In this document: positions 39,896 through 49,872 of the stretch, one piece after another
Layout: every line of letters begins with the position of its first letter
Numbering within the stretch: the first letter of the stretch is position 1
DNA from: Patescibacteria group bacterium
GTDB taxonomy: Bacteria > Patescibacteriota > SICC01
Assembly (NCBI GenBank): GCA_040902515.1
Contig: JBBDXB010000006.1
Coordinates: 268,280 to 332,279 of the forward strand
Reading direction: 5' to 3'
Length of the DNA: 64,000 nucleotides
The notes under the pieces: model-generated
The model's database searches: none
Told to the model about the DNA's origin: nothing
The model's input: the letters and a program-made list of their open reading frames with translations, nothing else
Made by a program: the position numbers and the translations under genes

Positions 39896-41269
39896 ATGGA
39901 CCCCAAAAAAATTTGGCAGGCCGTTCTTGGTGAGCTTCAGGTGACGATCTCGCGCCCGAATTTCTCCACATGGCTGAAGCACACGGAGCTCCTGGAGGTC
40001 CAGGGCGACACCGCCCGGATCCTCGTACCGAGCGCGTTCGCCAAGGAATGGCTGAAGCGGAAGTTCAGCGACGATATCCTTTCCGCGGTCACCAAGCACG
40101 CTCCCGAAGTCTCGAAGCTCGAGTACAAGATCGGCCGGCCGGAGGCCGGAGCGCCCGTCGCGAATCCCGACGCGGAAACGTCCGGGTCCGATTCGGACGA
40201 AGCCTCCGAACCCGCCCCGACGGCGCGTCCGTCCCGGAGCGGCAGCAAGCCGGCGGCGCCCCAGGTCCGCTGCACGTTCGAGAACTTCATCGTCTCCGGC
40301 TCCAACCAGCTTGCCCACGCCGCCGCCAAGGCCGTGGCGAAGAATCCCGGCACCACGTACAACCCGCTCTTCATCTACGGGCCGGTGGGGCTCGGCAAGA
40401 CCCACCTGATCCGCGCGATCGGCAGCGAGATCCGCCGCACCAGCGACAAGGAGGTCCTCTACGTCACCGCGGAGAAGTTCACCAACGAGGTGATCTCCTC
40501 GATCCAGGCCAACAAGACCGCCCGGCTCAAGAACAAGTACCGCAAGGTGGACGTGCTGATGATCGACGATATCCAGTTCATGGCCGGCAAGGTCCAGACC
40601 CAGGAGGAGTTCTTCCACACGTTCAACGCGCTCAAGGACGCCGACAAGCAGATCGTCCTCACCTCCGACCGGCCGCCGAAGGCGATCGCGACGCTCGAGG
40701 AGCGGCTGATGAGCCGCCTGACCATGGGCATGATCGCCGACCTCGGGCCGCCCGAGCTCGAGACCCGGATCGCGATCCTCAAGACGAAGGCCCAGGAACG
40801 GCGTTACGACGTGTCCGACGACGTGCTGGAGTTCATCGCCAAGGCGTTCCAGCGGAACATCCGCGAGCTGGAGGGGGCGCTGATCCGCGTGGCCGCCAAT
40901 GCCGAGCTGATCGGTGAGCCGCTGTCGATCGAACTGACCGAACGGGTGCTCGGTTCCATGCTCGCCTCGCGCCAACACCGGAAGATCTCGAGCGACCAGA
41001 TCCTCGAATCGGTCGCGAAGTTCTACGACATCAGCGTCGATGACCTTAAGGGCCCCAAGCGGGTGAAGGAGATCGTCCGGCCGCGGCAGATGGTGATGTA
41101 CCTGCTCCGCCAGGAGTCGAACCTGTCCTACCCGAAGATCGGCCGCGAGCTCGGCAACCGCGACCATACGACGGTGATTCACGCCGTCGATAAGATCGGG
41201 CATGAGACGGAAATCAACGAGCCGCTCCGCCATGAGCTCAACCTGATCAAGGAGCGCTTGTACGGCTAA
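39896..41269 (+). CDS. dnaA: Chromosomal replication initiator DnaA
   Basis: [33 protein letters not shown]. Confidence 0.99.
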   Translation: MDPKKIWQAVLGELQVTISRPNFSTWLKHTELLEVQGDTARILVPSAFAKEWLKRKFSDDILSAVTKHAPEVSKLEYKIGRPEAGAPVANPDAETSGSDSDEASEPAPTARPSRSGSKPAAPQVRCTFENFIVSGSNQLAHAAAKAVAKNPGTTYNPLFIYGPVGLGKTHLIRAIGSEIRRTSDKEVLYVTAEKFTNEVISSIQANKTARLKNKYRKVDVLMIDDIQFMAGKVQTQEEFFHTFNALKDADKQIVLTSDRPPKAIATLEERLMSRLTMGMIADLGPPELETRIAILKTKAQERRYDVSDDVLEFIAKAFQRNIRELEGALIRVAANAELIGEPLSIELTERVLGSMLASRQHRKISSDQILESVAKFYDISVDDLKGPKRVKEIVRPRQMVMYLLRQESNLSYPKIGRELGNRDHTTVIHAVDKIGHETEINEPLRHELNLIKERLYG

Positions 41270-41570
41270 CTCTCCGCCGTTTGTGCCTACATCTGTGGAC
41301 GAAGTTGTGGAAAACTATGGGTATGTCCTGGGTATGGTCCGGGTGCGGCGGGTTCGTCGCTGTGTATCAATTAGGTGTTTTAGGCGGCCATTACGCGGAA
41401 CGTCCGTGTTCTCTACAGGTGGTCCCCTGGGGCTGGGGACGTAGATTGGTTATGATAAAGACACTTTCTAGACGTTTCCCCGTTTCCCCAGGCCCTACTC
41501 CAACTACCAGTTATCTTTAATTGAAATCTACCCGCATTGTGTATGAACTAATCCCCATGGAATACTCCCG
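41270..41570. other. oriC: Replication origin oriC
   Basis: dnaA-dnaN intergenic region; box-like sites at 41294, 41306, 41361, 41538; GGCC plus CTA-type trios at 41491-41509, then an AT-rich tract. Confidence 0.8.
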
Positions 41571-42662
41571 ATGAAACTCGTCACTACCCAGGATCAATTA
41601 GCCAAAGCCCTCTCATCCGTCAGCCGGATGATCAATCCGCGGGGAACCCTCTCGGTGCTTGCCAATGTGTTGCTTGAGACTAAGGATGGACGGCTTCGGG
41701 TCTCCGCGACGAACCTCGAACTCGGCATCGATTACTCGATCGGCGCGAAGATCGAGAAAGAGGGGTCACTAACGGTGCCGGCGCGTCTCCTGACCGATTA
41801 CGTGAACAATCTTGGTGAGGAAAAGCTTGAGCTGTCCTCCAAGGAACAGACGTTGGTGATCAAGAGCACCGGCGCCCAGTCGACGATCAACGGTATTCCC
41901 GCGTCAGAATTCCCGGTGATTCCGGAAGTCAGCGAAGGCAAATCGGTGACCGTTTCCGCGGCGGGAATCAAGGACATCATCCAGAAGGTCGCGATCGCGG
42001 CGTCGAACGACGAGACACGGCCGATCCTTTCCGGCGCCCTGTTCCACTTCAAGGATCCGGAGCTCAAGGTGGCGGCTACGGACAGCTACCGGCTCGCGGA
42101 ACTCTCGATGCGATTCGAGAAGTCCGCGCTGGAAGAGCTCAAGGTGGTCGTGCCGGCCAAGGCGCTGGCCGAGCTGGGGCGCATCGTCGAGGCCGAAGAG
42201 GTGACGATCCGCACCGCCGAGAACCAGGTGCAGTTCGAGACCGAGCACGTGCGGCTGGTGAGCCGGCTGCTCGAAGGCGAGTTCCCGAAGTACGACCAGA
42301 TCATTCCCGAAAAGCTCACCACCAAGGCGACGGTAAAGCGCGGCGACCTGATGAACAAGATCCGGATCGCGGCGCTGTTCTCGGAAGATGCCGGATTCGG
42401 CGTGAAGCTGACTTTCGCGGCTCCGGGCAAGCTCGAGATAGCCTCGGAAACCGCCCAAGTGGGAGACTCGCACAGCTCGCTGTCCGGCAAGGTGTCCGGC
42501 CCGGAGAACACCGTCGCGTTCAACGCGCGGTATCTCCTGGACGGCCTGACCGCGGTCGGCGGCGAAGAGGTGACGATCGAGAGCGACGGGAAGCTGAACC
42601 CGTGCGTGATCCGCGGCAAGGCCAAGGATTACCTGTACGTCGTGATGCCGCTGCGGGTGTGA
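41571..42662 (+). CDS. dnaN: DNA polymerase III beta clamp
   Basis: ATNLE, ATDSYRL, FNARYL, VMPLR. Confidence 0.98.
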   Translation: MKLVTTQDQLAKALSSVSRMINPRGTLSVLANVLLETKDGRLRVSATNLELGIDYSIGAKIEKEGSLTVPARLLTDYVNNLGEEKLELSSKEQTLVIKSTGAQSTINGIPASEFPVIPEVSEGKSVTVSAAGIKDIIQKVAIAASNDETRPILSGALFHFKDPELKVAATDSYRLAELSMRFEKSALEELKVVVPAKALAELGRIVEAEEVTIRTAENQVQFETEHVRLVSRLLEGEFPKYDQIIPEKLTTKATVKRGDLMNKIRIAALFSEDAGFGVKLTFAAPGKLEIASETAQVGDSHSSLSGKVSGPENTVAFNARYLLDGLTAVGGEEVTIESDGKLNPCVIRGKAKDYLYVVMPLRV

Positions 42663-42666
42663 GACG

Positions 42667-42761
42667 ACCCTGTTTGCACCGAAAGCGCCCTCAAAGCATC
42701 GCCATTTGTACGCAACATAACTGAGCCCAGTGACGTTGCGCTTTCTTGGTGCAAACAGGGT
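42667..42761. repeat. 95-bp element with terminal inverted repeats (MITE-like or long hairpin)
   Basis: ACCCTGTTTGCACC-GAAAGCGC ... GCGCTTTC-tt-GGTGCAAACAGGGT. Confidence 0.7.
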
Positions 42762-42803
42762 TATTCATCCCGGGTTGTTGGCAGTGTGGCGTAGAATGGC
42801 ACC

Positions 42804-43907
42804 GTGACCTTATTGCTGAAGCGGCTGGCCCTGCATGACTTCCGAAGCTATCGGGAGGCGGTATTCGAGTGGGCGCCGCGGACGGTGATCGTCGGGCCGA
42901 ACGCGACCGGTAAGACGAACCTGCTCGAGGCGGCGTTCCTCTTCGCGGCCGGCAAGAGCTTCCGGGCCGGCCGGGAATCGGAGATGGTGCGCTGGGGAGA
43001 GACGGCCGCACGGGTGGAAGCGGCGTTCGAAGGCGAACGGTCTAACCATCGCGCCGCCGTCACGCTGGAATCCGGCGGCCGAATCATCAGGAAGTCGCTC
43101 GAGCTGGACGGCAAGGCGAAGCCGACCAAGGAACTCAGGCGCCGGTTCCCGATGGTGCTGTTCTCGGCGGACGACGTCCGGCTCGTGGACGGATCGCCCG
43201 GCCGCCGCCGCAAGACGCTGGACCTGGCGATCGGGCAGGGGTCGGCGTCCTACCAACAAGCACTGTCCGGATACAACCGCGCCCTGGCATCCCGGAACCG
43301 GCTCCTGGAACAGATCGCGACCCGCGAGGCGACGGAAGCGGAGCTTGACGCGTGGGACGTCCAGCTGGCCGAAACGGGCGCGGCGGTGATCGAAGGGCGC
43401 CAGCGGTTCTTCGCCGAATCGGCGGAGGCGTTGGCCGCGGCGTACGCCGCCCTGACCACGGCATCGGACCATGTGCACGGTAGGCTGGAGGTCGCGCACG
43501 AGCCGGGCGCGCCGGACTTCGCGACGGCGCTCACAGCGCGCCGCACCCAGGACATCGCGGTGGGTACGACGACGGCCGGTCCGCACCGCGACGACTGGAA
43601 GCTTCTGTTGGACGGCCGGGTGCTGGCCTCATTCGGTTCCGGCGGCGAGTTCCGGAGCGCGGCCCTGGCCTGGCGGCTGGCCGAGACGGATTGGCTCGGC
43701 CGGCAGACCGGCGTGCCGCCGATCCTGCTCCTGGACGACGTCTTCTCGGAACTGGACGCCGCGCGGTCGGAGTCGCTCCGGGCGGCGCTGCCGGACGGGC
43801 AGACGGTGATCACCACGCCGGAAGCGGCTGCCGTGCCCGCGGCGCTTCGCACCGAAGCGAAGCTGATCGAGATCCGCCCGAAGGAATCCGAGGAGGCCGG
43901 TGTTTAA
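42804..43907 (+). CDS. recF: DNA replication/repair protein RecF
   Basis: FRSY, GPNATGKTNLLEA, GPHRDD, LLDDVFSELD. Confidence 0.97.
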   Translation: MTLLLKRLALHDFRSYREAVFEWAPRTVIVGPNATGKTNLLEAAFLFAAGKSFRAGRESEMVRWGETAARVEAAFEGERSNHRAAVTLESGGRIIRKSLELDGKAKPTKELRRRFPMVLFSADDVRLVDGSPGRRRKTLDLAIGQGSASYQQALSGYNRALASRNRLLEQIATREATEAELDAWDVQLAETGAAVIEGRQRFFAESAEALAAAYAALTTASDHVHGRLEVAHEPGAPDFATALTARRTQDIAVGTTTAGPHRDDWKLLLDGRVLASFGSGGEFRSAALAWRLAETDWLGRQTGVPPILLLDDVFSELDAARSESLRAALPDGQTVITTPEAAAVPAALRTEAKLIEIRPKESEEAGV

Positions 43908-44223
43908 GAACGTCGGCGACCTGCTTCCCGAGCGACTGAACCGGCTGCGCATCCGGCGGCCGGTCGAGGCCAGCGCCGTCTGCCGGGCCTGCGACGCGGC
44001 GCTGGGGGACGTGTTCGACCAAAGCGTCCCGATGCGGGCGGTGTCGTTCCGGAGCGGCATGGTGACGGTCGCGGTGGTGAGCCCCGCCTGGTCCCACGAG
44101 CTGACGGCCTCGGCTGACGAGGTCATCCGGAGCGCCAACCGGAAGATCGGCAAGGACGCAGTCCGGGATCTGAAAGCCCGCGTCGCCCCCGGACTGGCCC
44201 GCGGCGAAGACCAGACTTTCTGA
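43900..44223 (+). CDS. DUF721 / DciA family protein
   Basis: Position after recF; VAVVSPAWSHEL motif. Confidence 0.75.
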   Translation: MFKNVGDLLPERLNRLRIRRPVEASAVCRACDAALGDVFDQSVPMRAVSFRSGMVTVAVVSPAWSHELTASADEVIRSANRKIGKDAVRDLKARVAPGLARGEDQTF

Positions 44224-44242
44224 GAAAGTCGGTCCTAGGGCC

Positions 44243-44572
44243 CTAGAGGCGCTTGAACTGGTCCACGTCGAGCACGAAGACGGTCGCACCGCCCACGGTC
44301 ACCTCGACGGGGTCGGCCATGTAGAAGTCGCCCGGCCCGCCCATCGTGGGCGTCGGGGTCAGCGTCTCCTTGTGGCTCTTGGCGCAGGCGCCGATGATCT
44401 TCAGCACGCCGTTCACCTGCTTCGGCTCGGTACCGACCAGGATGATCGCGTTCTTCTCCTTAAGGAACCCGCCGACCGAATCGATCCGCGTGGCCCGGAA
44501 GTCCTTCTTGGTGAGCGAGGAAACCGTCTTCTCCGCGTCATCCTTGCTGACGATGGCGAGCACGAGCTTCAT
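44243..44572 (-). CDS. Cyclic-di-AMP receptor, PII-like (DarA/PstA/YaaQ family)
   Basis: MKLVLAIV..DA, AT....GGFL..N, VEVTVGGATVFVLDV. Confidence 0.9.
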   Translation of the reverse strand: MKLVLAIVSKDDAEKTVSSLTKKDFRATRIDSVGGFLKEKNAIILVGTEPKQVNGVLKIIGACAKSHKETLTPTPTMGGPGDFYMADPVEVTVGGATVFVLDVDQFKRL

Positions 44573-44610
44573 GGCCTTAGCGTAGCAAGGAACCTGCGAG
44601 GCGTCGAAGT

Positions 44611-45057
44611 CTAGAGACCCCCGGAGTTTACCATCCGTGTTTCGTAGTCGATGACATACGTCCCGTCGGGCTGCCCGATTTTCCGGAGGTACTCGATGAC
44701 GTACGGTCGTTGCTCGGAGACCTTTTTCGAGGGATCTTCCCCGTCGGCGTAATAGACCGTGGCCAACAGCTTGTACTTGTTGCCCGCGCTACCGTTGAAC
44801 GTCAGTTCCCAATGATCGTTCCCGTATGGAAGCGCCGACAACACCGGATTCCGATCACCCTCTTCCTGATGCTCTTCGAATGCTCCCGCATGCGGATCCT
44901 CATCCAAAGGAAGGGACGGGGAGAGGTCTGGCGTGGGGCTGGCCGGCGTAGTCCCGGGCTCGTCATCGGGCTCACTGCCGAAGAACACTACGGTTATCAG
45001 CGCCACCAGGACCAGCAGGGCAGCCGCGGCGATCAACAGCAGGCGCTTCCGGCTCAT
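44611..45057 (-). CDS. Membrane-anchored hypothetical protein
   Basis: N-terminal TM helix; ATGA-coupled to the upstream gene. Confidence 0.7.
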   Translation of the reverse strand: MSRKRLLLIAAAALLVLVALITVVFFGSEPDDEPGTTPASPTPDLSPSLPLDEDPHAGAFEEHQEEGDRNPVLSALPYGNDHWELTFNGSAGNKYKLLATVYYADGEDPSKKVSEQRPYVIEYLRKIGQPDGTYVIDYETRMVNSGGL

Positions 45058-46118
45058 GGCGCCTCCCCGTGCCACTCGAAGTGCATCCAGTCCTTGGTGG
45101 TGCGGAAGTTGCCGCCCCAGAAGAAACCGTATTTCTCGAAGATCCGCACCCAGGAGTCGGGAATGTCATGCGTATCGCATTTACAGTACGGGTTCGTGTC
45201 CGGATTGATGTCGACCGCCGCGCCGTACATGTGGAAATAATACAGCGGGTCTCCCGGCCGGGGATGGTAGCCGCCGATCGACCGGACCTTGTAGTTATCC
45301 AGTCCCTTTTGCTTTATTTCCCGCTCGACGGCCTCCAGGCACGGCACGACCTTGCGGTGTGCCTGGATGTCGTGGCCGAAGAACGAGACCGGCTGCTTGG
45401 CCGCCGCACTGTTCGCCTTTCCGAAGACCTTTTCCCGATCTCCCACGTTGGATCCGGGAAGTCCGAAGGCGATCCCGTTCGCCGTACACTCGCCGGCCGG
45501 GCCGGAATCTTCCGGACAATCCTCCCCGGCATCGGCCGGCGCGCCCGTGTTGACGGCGCTGCGGACGATTTGTGCCAACCGCTCGTATCCGGCGGCATTG
45601 GGGTGGATGTTGTCCGCCATATCAATCCCCTTACCCTTGGTCTGGATGACCGTGACGTCTCCGAGGCCCCTGATCGCCTGGTTCTCGTTCGCGTAGTCAC
45701 CCCGGGAGAAGATCTCGACCCAGTATATCGCCGCCGAGTCGTTCTTGTTCCTGATCTTATTCACCATCGTCTGGGCGTCCGCGGCAAAGCCGTTCGACTT
45801 ATTAGTTCCGAGCTCGACGACTACGGCGTCGGCATTCTCTACTTTCGGCGTGTCGCTTTCGAGCGCGCTGATTCCGGCCGGGAGCGCGCGGCCCGTTTCG
45901 GCATTGACCGTATAGCGGTCGCCCAGCTTGTCCCGGATGCCCGTGCCGATGGAGTCGCCGACGAAGTAAACGGGCCCGTCCCCGGGTGCGGCTGCTTCGG
46001 CGACGCAGTCATCATCACCACCGCCGCCGAGCAGCGCCGCTGCCAATGCGATCGGCGCGATGATGACCATCAGCAGCAGGCCGATGATGAGAAGTCCGAT
46101 GCCGAGGTATTTTCCCAT
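45054..46118 (-). CDS. SGNH-like domain fused to an M15 family metallopeptidase
   Basis: GDS..ELGTN..DNIHP (SGNH), then HMYGAAVDIN..WGG..DWMHFE (M15). Confidence 0.85.
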   Translation of the reverse strand: MGKYLGIGLLIIGLLLMVIIAPIALAAALLGGGGDDDCVAEAAAPGDGPVYFVGDSIGTGIRDKLGDRYTVNAETGRALPAGISALESDTPKVENADAVVVELGTNKSNGFAADAQTMVNKIRNKNDSAAIYWVEIFSRGDYANENQAIRGLGDVTVIQTKGKGIDMADNIHPNAAGYERLAQIVRSAVNTGAPADAGEDCPEDSGPAGECTANGIAFGLPGSNVGDREKVFGKANSAAAKQPVSFFGHDIQAHRKVVPCLEAVEREIKQKGLDNYKVRSIGGYHPRPGDPLYYFHMYGAAVDINPDTNPYCKCDTHDIPDSWVRIFEKYGFFWGGNFRTTKDWMHFEWHGEAP

Positions 46119-46120
46119 GA

Positions 46121-46771
46121 TCAGTCCGTTGCTACGTGTACGTGCTCGTTTCCGTCGGGATTGCTGCCGGTGACTCTGCCGTTATCAAGCACGCAGCCGG
46201 GGTTCGCGATACCGAAGAGCTCGTTGATCTTGTACGGATTGCCCTCCTTGAGCGCCGAATCACAGAGGAACTGGTTGAGTCTGTGGGGATTATCAGTGCC
46301 GACGCTTCCGATATCCAAGGCTTGGCCGGGAGGACAGTGGAACGACCCCGCCTTATGGGATGCGCACGCCGCCGACGAGATGGCCAGGTTTCCCATTCTT
46401 GGCTGCTTTGCTGCTGCCAGAACAGCCCGAAGCACGTTGTCCTTGACGTCACCGCTTCGGATTTCCGTCTTGATGACTTCCTTTTGGTACGTGATGTTCC
46501 GCTGGGCCAGGAAAGCATCGCGCAGCTCCTTGCCGGACAGGCCGATCTCTCCGGCTTCCACGCTCACTTCATCATCTCCATCACCGCCGGATCCGGCGAT
46601 GCCGGCGACGGCGATACCGACGAGGAACACCAGCAGGAAGACTACGGCAAGTACGGCCACGACGACCCAGGTCCAGGGGTTCGCGAGCAGTGCCGCGGCC
46701 CGCGCCGTTTTCGCGGCCTTTGCCGCCTGACCGGCCGCTCCTGCGCCGGTCCGATCCTGCTGATCAGCCAT
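46121..46771 (-). CDS. Membrane-anchored protein with M15-like H-x6/7-D..HxH motif
   Basis: SFHCPPGQALDIG..EHVHV. Confidence 0.6.
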   Translation of the reverse strand: MADQQDRTGAGAAGQAAKAAKTARAAALLANPWTWVVVAVLAVVFLLVFLVGIAVAGIAGSGGDGDDEVSVEAGEIGLSGKELRDAFLAQRNITYQKEVIKTEIRSGDVKDNVLRAVLAAAKQPRMGNLAISSAACASHKAGSFHCPPGQALDIGSVGTDNPHRLNQFLCDSALKEGNPYKINELFGIANPGCVLDNGRVTGSNPDGNEHVHVATD

Positions 46772-47297
46772 CGTAGCCCTCCCGGTCATAATCGCTGATG
46801 TGGACGTCCGTCGCGCTCCAGCGCGAACCGAACCGCTGCCAGGTGATCTCGATCGTTTGTTCGAACGTTTCCTCGGTCCGGAGCAACGTCGAACGCAGCC
46901 GCACCTCCGCCTGTGCCTCTCCGGCCGCGGAGTCGCCCGTCACGTCAGTCCGCAGCGCCTCGCTCCTGACCGGCTGGAAAAACGGGGCCCGGTCCGCATA
47001 GCGCAGAGTGCTTCGGTAGTCCTCGTAGAATTCCTTCGTCAGGTACGGGCGGATGCTCTCGGCATACGCCGCGTCGGCCCGTGAGAAGGACTGGTACTTT
47101 ACGGCCAACTCGGTTGACAGGCGCGCGAGCAGCTCCCGGTCGGCGGCGAGCGGGTCGGCGGTAGGTGTGGGCGAAGGCGGGGCCGTTGGCTCCGAAGTCG
47201 CTCCGGGAGCGGCGCGCCCGGCGGTCAGTACCAACAGCACTCCGGTTACCAGAATGGCAAAGATGACGAGCATCAGGATCAGCCGTTTTCTGTTCAT
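46764..47297 (-). CDS. Bitopic protein, possible VirB8/TcpC-like NTF2 fold
   Basis: TM helix, Pro-rich linker, helix plus beta-strand domain ending W.ATDV; position in the T4SS operon. Confidence 0.5.
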   Translation of the reverse strand: MNRKRLILMLVIFAILVTGVLLVLTAGRAAPGATSEPTAPPSPTPTADPLAADRELLARLSTELAVKYQSFSRADAAYAESIRPYLTKEFYEDYRSTLRYADRAPFFQPVRSEALRTDVTGDSAAGEAQAEVRLRSTLLRTEETFEQTIEITWQRFGSRWSATDVHISDYDREGYDG

Positions 47298-47941
47298 GTG
47301 CCTCCCTCGACATCCTTCGCGAATCGCTGTGCCTGCAAGGTCACCGCGTATACGTACCAGTCTGCATTGTTGTAGGAATAGATGCCATTCCGCCAGTTAC
47401 CGGGAGCGCCCCCGCCCAGGAGGTGATGGGCGGCTGCACAGGCGCCGTTCTCAACCGAATAGGCGGGCCAGGTGCGGGAGCCGGCTTCCCGGCACGGGGG
47501 ATTGTGGTTGATGGCGAAGCCCTGCCAGCTTGGTTCAAGGAACTGCCAGGGGCCGCCCGCACCGGCAAAGTTTACGACCGAATAGCCGGTGTCGGCGAAA
47601 CCGGTCTCGATGCTATGGATCCCCGCCAGGATCGACGGTCCGCAGCCTCCGAGCTTCTTCTTTTCGGAAATCTCGTTATAGATCGGAATGAACTTGGCGG
47701 GAGGTTTGTCGGTCTTGCCGGCGACGTACGCCTTCCCGGCTTCGGCACCGGCGGATGCGTCGCTGAAGATCTTATCGTAATCACATCCGCCCGAAAGGGA
47801 ACCACCGGCGTCTTCACCCCCACCCCCACCGGTCCCGGCCAGGGCCGCGGCCACCAGCAGGATCGGAATCATCGCGAGGCTTGCCAGGAACACCCCGCCT
47901 CCGAGGATCAGCCACGGCGCACCGCTCGACTTCTTGGCCAC
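47294..47941 (-). CDS. Lytic transglycosylase-like protein (VirB1-like)
   Basis: LAGIHSIETGF, AGGPWQF..SW, IYSYN.ADWYV. Confidence 0.85.
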   Translation of the reverse strand: MAKKSSGAPWLILGGGVFLASLAMIPILLVAAALAGTGGGGGEDAGGSLSGGCDYDKIFSDASAGAEAGKAYVAGKTDKPPAKFIPIYNEISEKKKLGGCGPSILAGIHSIETGFADTGYSVVNFAGAGGPWQFLEPSWQGFAINHNPPCREAGSRTWPAYSVENGACAAAHHLLGGGAPGNWRNGIYSYNNADWYVYAVTLQAQRFAKDVEGGT

Positions 47942-49872
47942 TACTCCTCCTTCAGCCGGAGGCCGGCGTTCTCCAGCTCCTCAAGCTGCTGCGGGTTGGT
48001 GGTGATGATCTGGTCCTCGGCGTAGCTTGCTAGCACCTTGATCGCCACGTGGTTGAGCCCGGCGAAGAACAGCCCCTCGCCGACCTCGCTCTCCAGCAAG
48101 AGGAGCTTCTCGCCCTCGGTAAGGTTGAACGTGTCGGCCACCAGGTCGATCGATGCCGGCGATTGCCGGAGCAACAGTTGCAGCGAACTGTTCGTCACGA
48201 TCGCCTTGCCGTAGCTGGAATTCAAGAAGTCCTCCACGTCCTGCGTCACCGTGGTCAGGCCGAGATAGTATTTTCGAGCCCGCTTCGCCAGCGAAAACAG
48301 GAACTTCGCCGAGTCTTCGTGCCCCATCATCTGCCAGGCTTCGTCGATTACCATCAGTCGGCGCTTCCGGTCCTTCCGGATCAAATTCCAGATGTGGTTC
48401 AGGATCATGTACATCGCGATCGGCCGGAGCGAATCTTCCAGGTCGCGGATCGAGAAGGTCAGGAAGTGGTTGTCCAGCGAGACGTTGCTCGGCTTGTTGA
48501 GGAGTCCGGAGAACGAACCGGTCACGTACTTCTGGAGCTTCGACGCGACTTCCTCGGCGCCCTGCATGTTGGTCAGCACCTCATGGAAGTCCTGGAGCGT
48601 CGGCGGTGCGTTCTTGTGCGATGCTACGTCGGTGGTGATGTCGCGGAGCGCGTACGTTTCCATCAGGGCCCGGTCGACCAGCGCGTCCTGTTCGGGAGTC
48701 AGCGAACCGCACATCAGGGCGATCAGCCCGTGCAGGTTGGTGATCGCCGAGCGCAGGATCGCCTCGCCGTCCGTTTCGTCGCCGAGCGCCGGTGGCAGGT
48801 CGAACGGGTTGATGTTGTGCTCCGAGTTGAGCGACACGTTCACGAACCGTCCACCGACCGCGGCAGTCAGCGCCTGGTACTCGTTCTCCGGGTCGATCAC
48901 GATCGTCTCGGTGCCGAACATCAGCGAGCGGAGCAGTTCCAGCTTCACGGCGTAACTCTTACCACCACCGGACTTGGCGAAGATCACCATGTTGGCGTTC
49001 TCGAGCGTGAACCGGTCGAAGAGGATCAGCCCGTTGTTGTGGCGGTTCACACCGAAGAGGATGCCGTCGGACTGGGTAAGCTCCGAGCTCGTGAACGGGA
49101 ACGTCGTCGACAGCGAATCCGTGTCCATGTTCCGGGTGACGCGGAGTTCGTCGGTCCCGGTCGGGAGCGAGCTGTTGAAGCCCTGCTCCATCTGCAGGTT
49201 CGCATACTTGGTGAAGACGAGCTTCCCGTTGAGGGTCGCTTCGAGCTGCTTGGTGAGCCGGTCCAGCTCGTCCTTCGACTTCGCGTAGAGCGTGAAGTAG
49301 AGGGCGTACTGGAAGAACTTCTCCTCGCCGCGCTGCAGGCGGTCGCGGAGCTCCTCGGCGTCGCCGAGCGCGGTCTCCAGCTCCGGATCGCGAACCTTGC
49401 CCTTTTCCTTGTTGAGCATCCAGGCCGATTCCATCTGACCGACCTTCTTGCGGAGGTTCTGCATGATCTCCTTGGTCTCGACCGGGTAGATGAACATCGA
49501 GATGTCCATCGTGATGTCGTAGTTGATGACCGGATTCAGCCAGTTCGTGTTGATGTACCGCGGGTAGGTGAAGACGAAGAGCGTCCGCACGAAGTAGTCT
49601 TCGAGCTTGAGGTAGTTGAAAGTGATCTCCATCGCCGCCGGAGCGATCAGGTCCTTGATCGTGGAGATGCCTTCCTCGTAGACGCGCTTGGCCTCCTCGA
49701 ACTGCTGGGCCTCGACCTGTTGCTGGGAGCGCTCCGCCTGGGAAGCCTTCCCCTGCTTCCAGGCGAAGAACCGCTCCAGGAAGCTCGGCTTGTCGGAGCC
49801 GACGGAACGGCCGACGGCTTCGGCCGGTACGTCCGGCACGGGGGGTGCCTGCTGGTCCGGCTGGTCAGCCAT
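47941..49872 (-). CDS. VirB4-like ATPase
   Basis: Walker A AKSGGGKS, IDPENEY, Walker B IDEAW, RARKY, TQD. Confidence 0.93.
   Translation of the reverse strand: MADQPDQQAPPVPDVPAEAVGRSVGSDKPSFLERFFAWKQGKASQAERSQQQVEAQQFEEAKRVYEEGISTIKDLIAPAAMEITFNYLKLEDYFVRTLFVFTYPRYINTNWLNPVINYDITMDISMFIYPVETKEIMQNLRKKVGQMESAWMLNKEKGKVRDPELETALGDAEELRDRLQRGEEKFFQYALYFTLYAKSKDELDRLTKQLEATLNGKLVFTKYANLQMEQGFNSSLPTGTDELRVTRNMDTDSLSTTFPFTSSELTQSDGILFGVNRHNNGLILFDRFTLENANMVIFAKSGGGKSYAVKLELLRSLMFGTETIVIDPENEYQALTAAVGGRFVNVSLNSEHNINPFDLPPALGDETDGEAILRSAITNLHGLIALMCGSLTPEQDALVDRALMETYALRDITTDVASHKNAPPTLQDFHEVLTNMQGAEEVASKLQKYVTGSFSGLLNKPSNVSLDNHFLTFSIRDLEDSLRPIAMYMILNHIWNLIRKDRKRRLMVIDEAWQMMGHEDSAKFLFSLAKRARKYYLGLTTVTQDVEDFLNSSYGKAIVTNSSLQLLLRQSPASIDLVADTFNLTEGEKLLLLESEVGEGLFFAGLNHVAIKVLASYAEDQIITTNPQQLEELENAGLRLKEE

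Noticed and set aside
39725-41233. 502-aa minus-strand ORF
   Set aside because: Antisense shadow of dnaA
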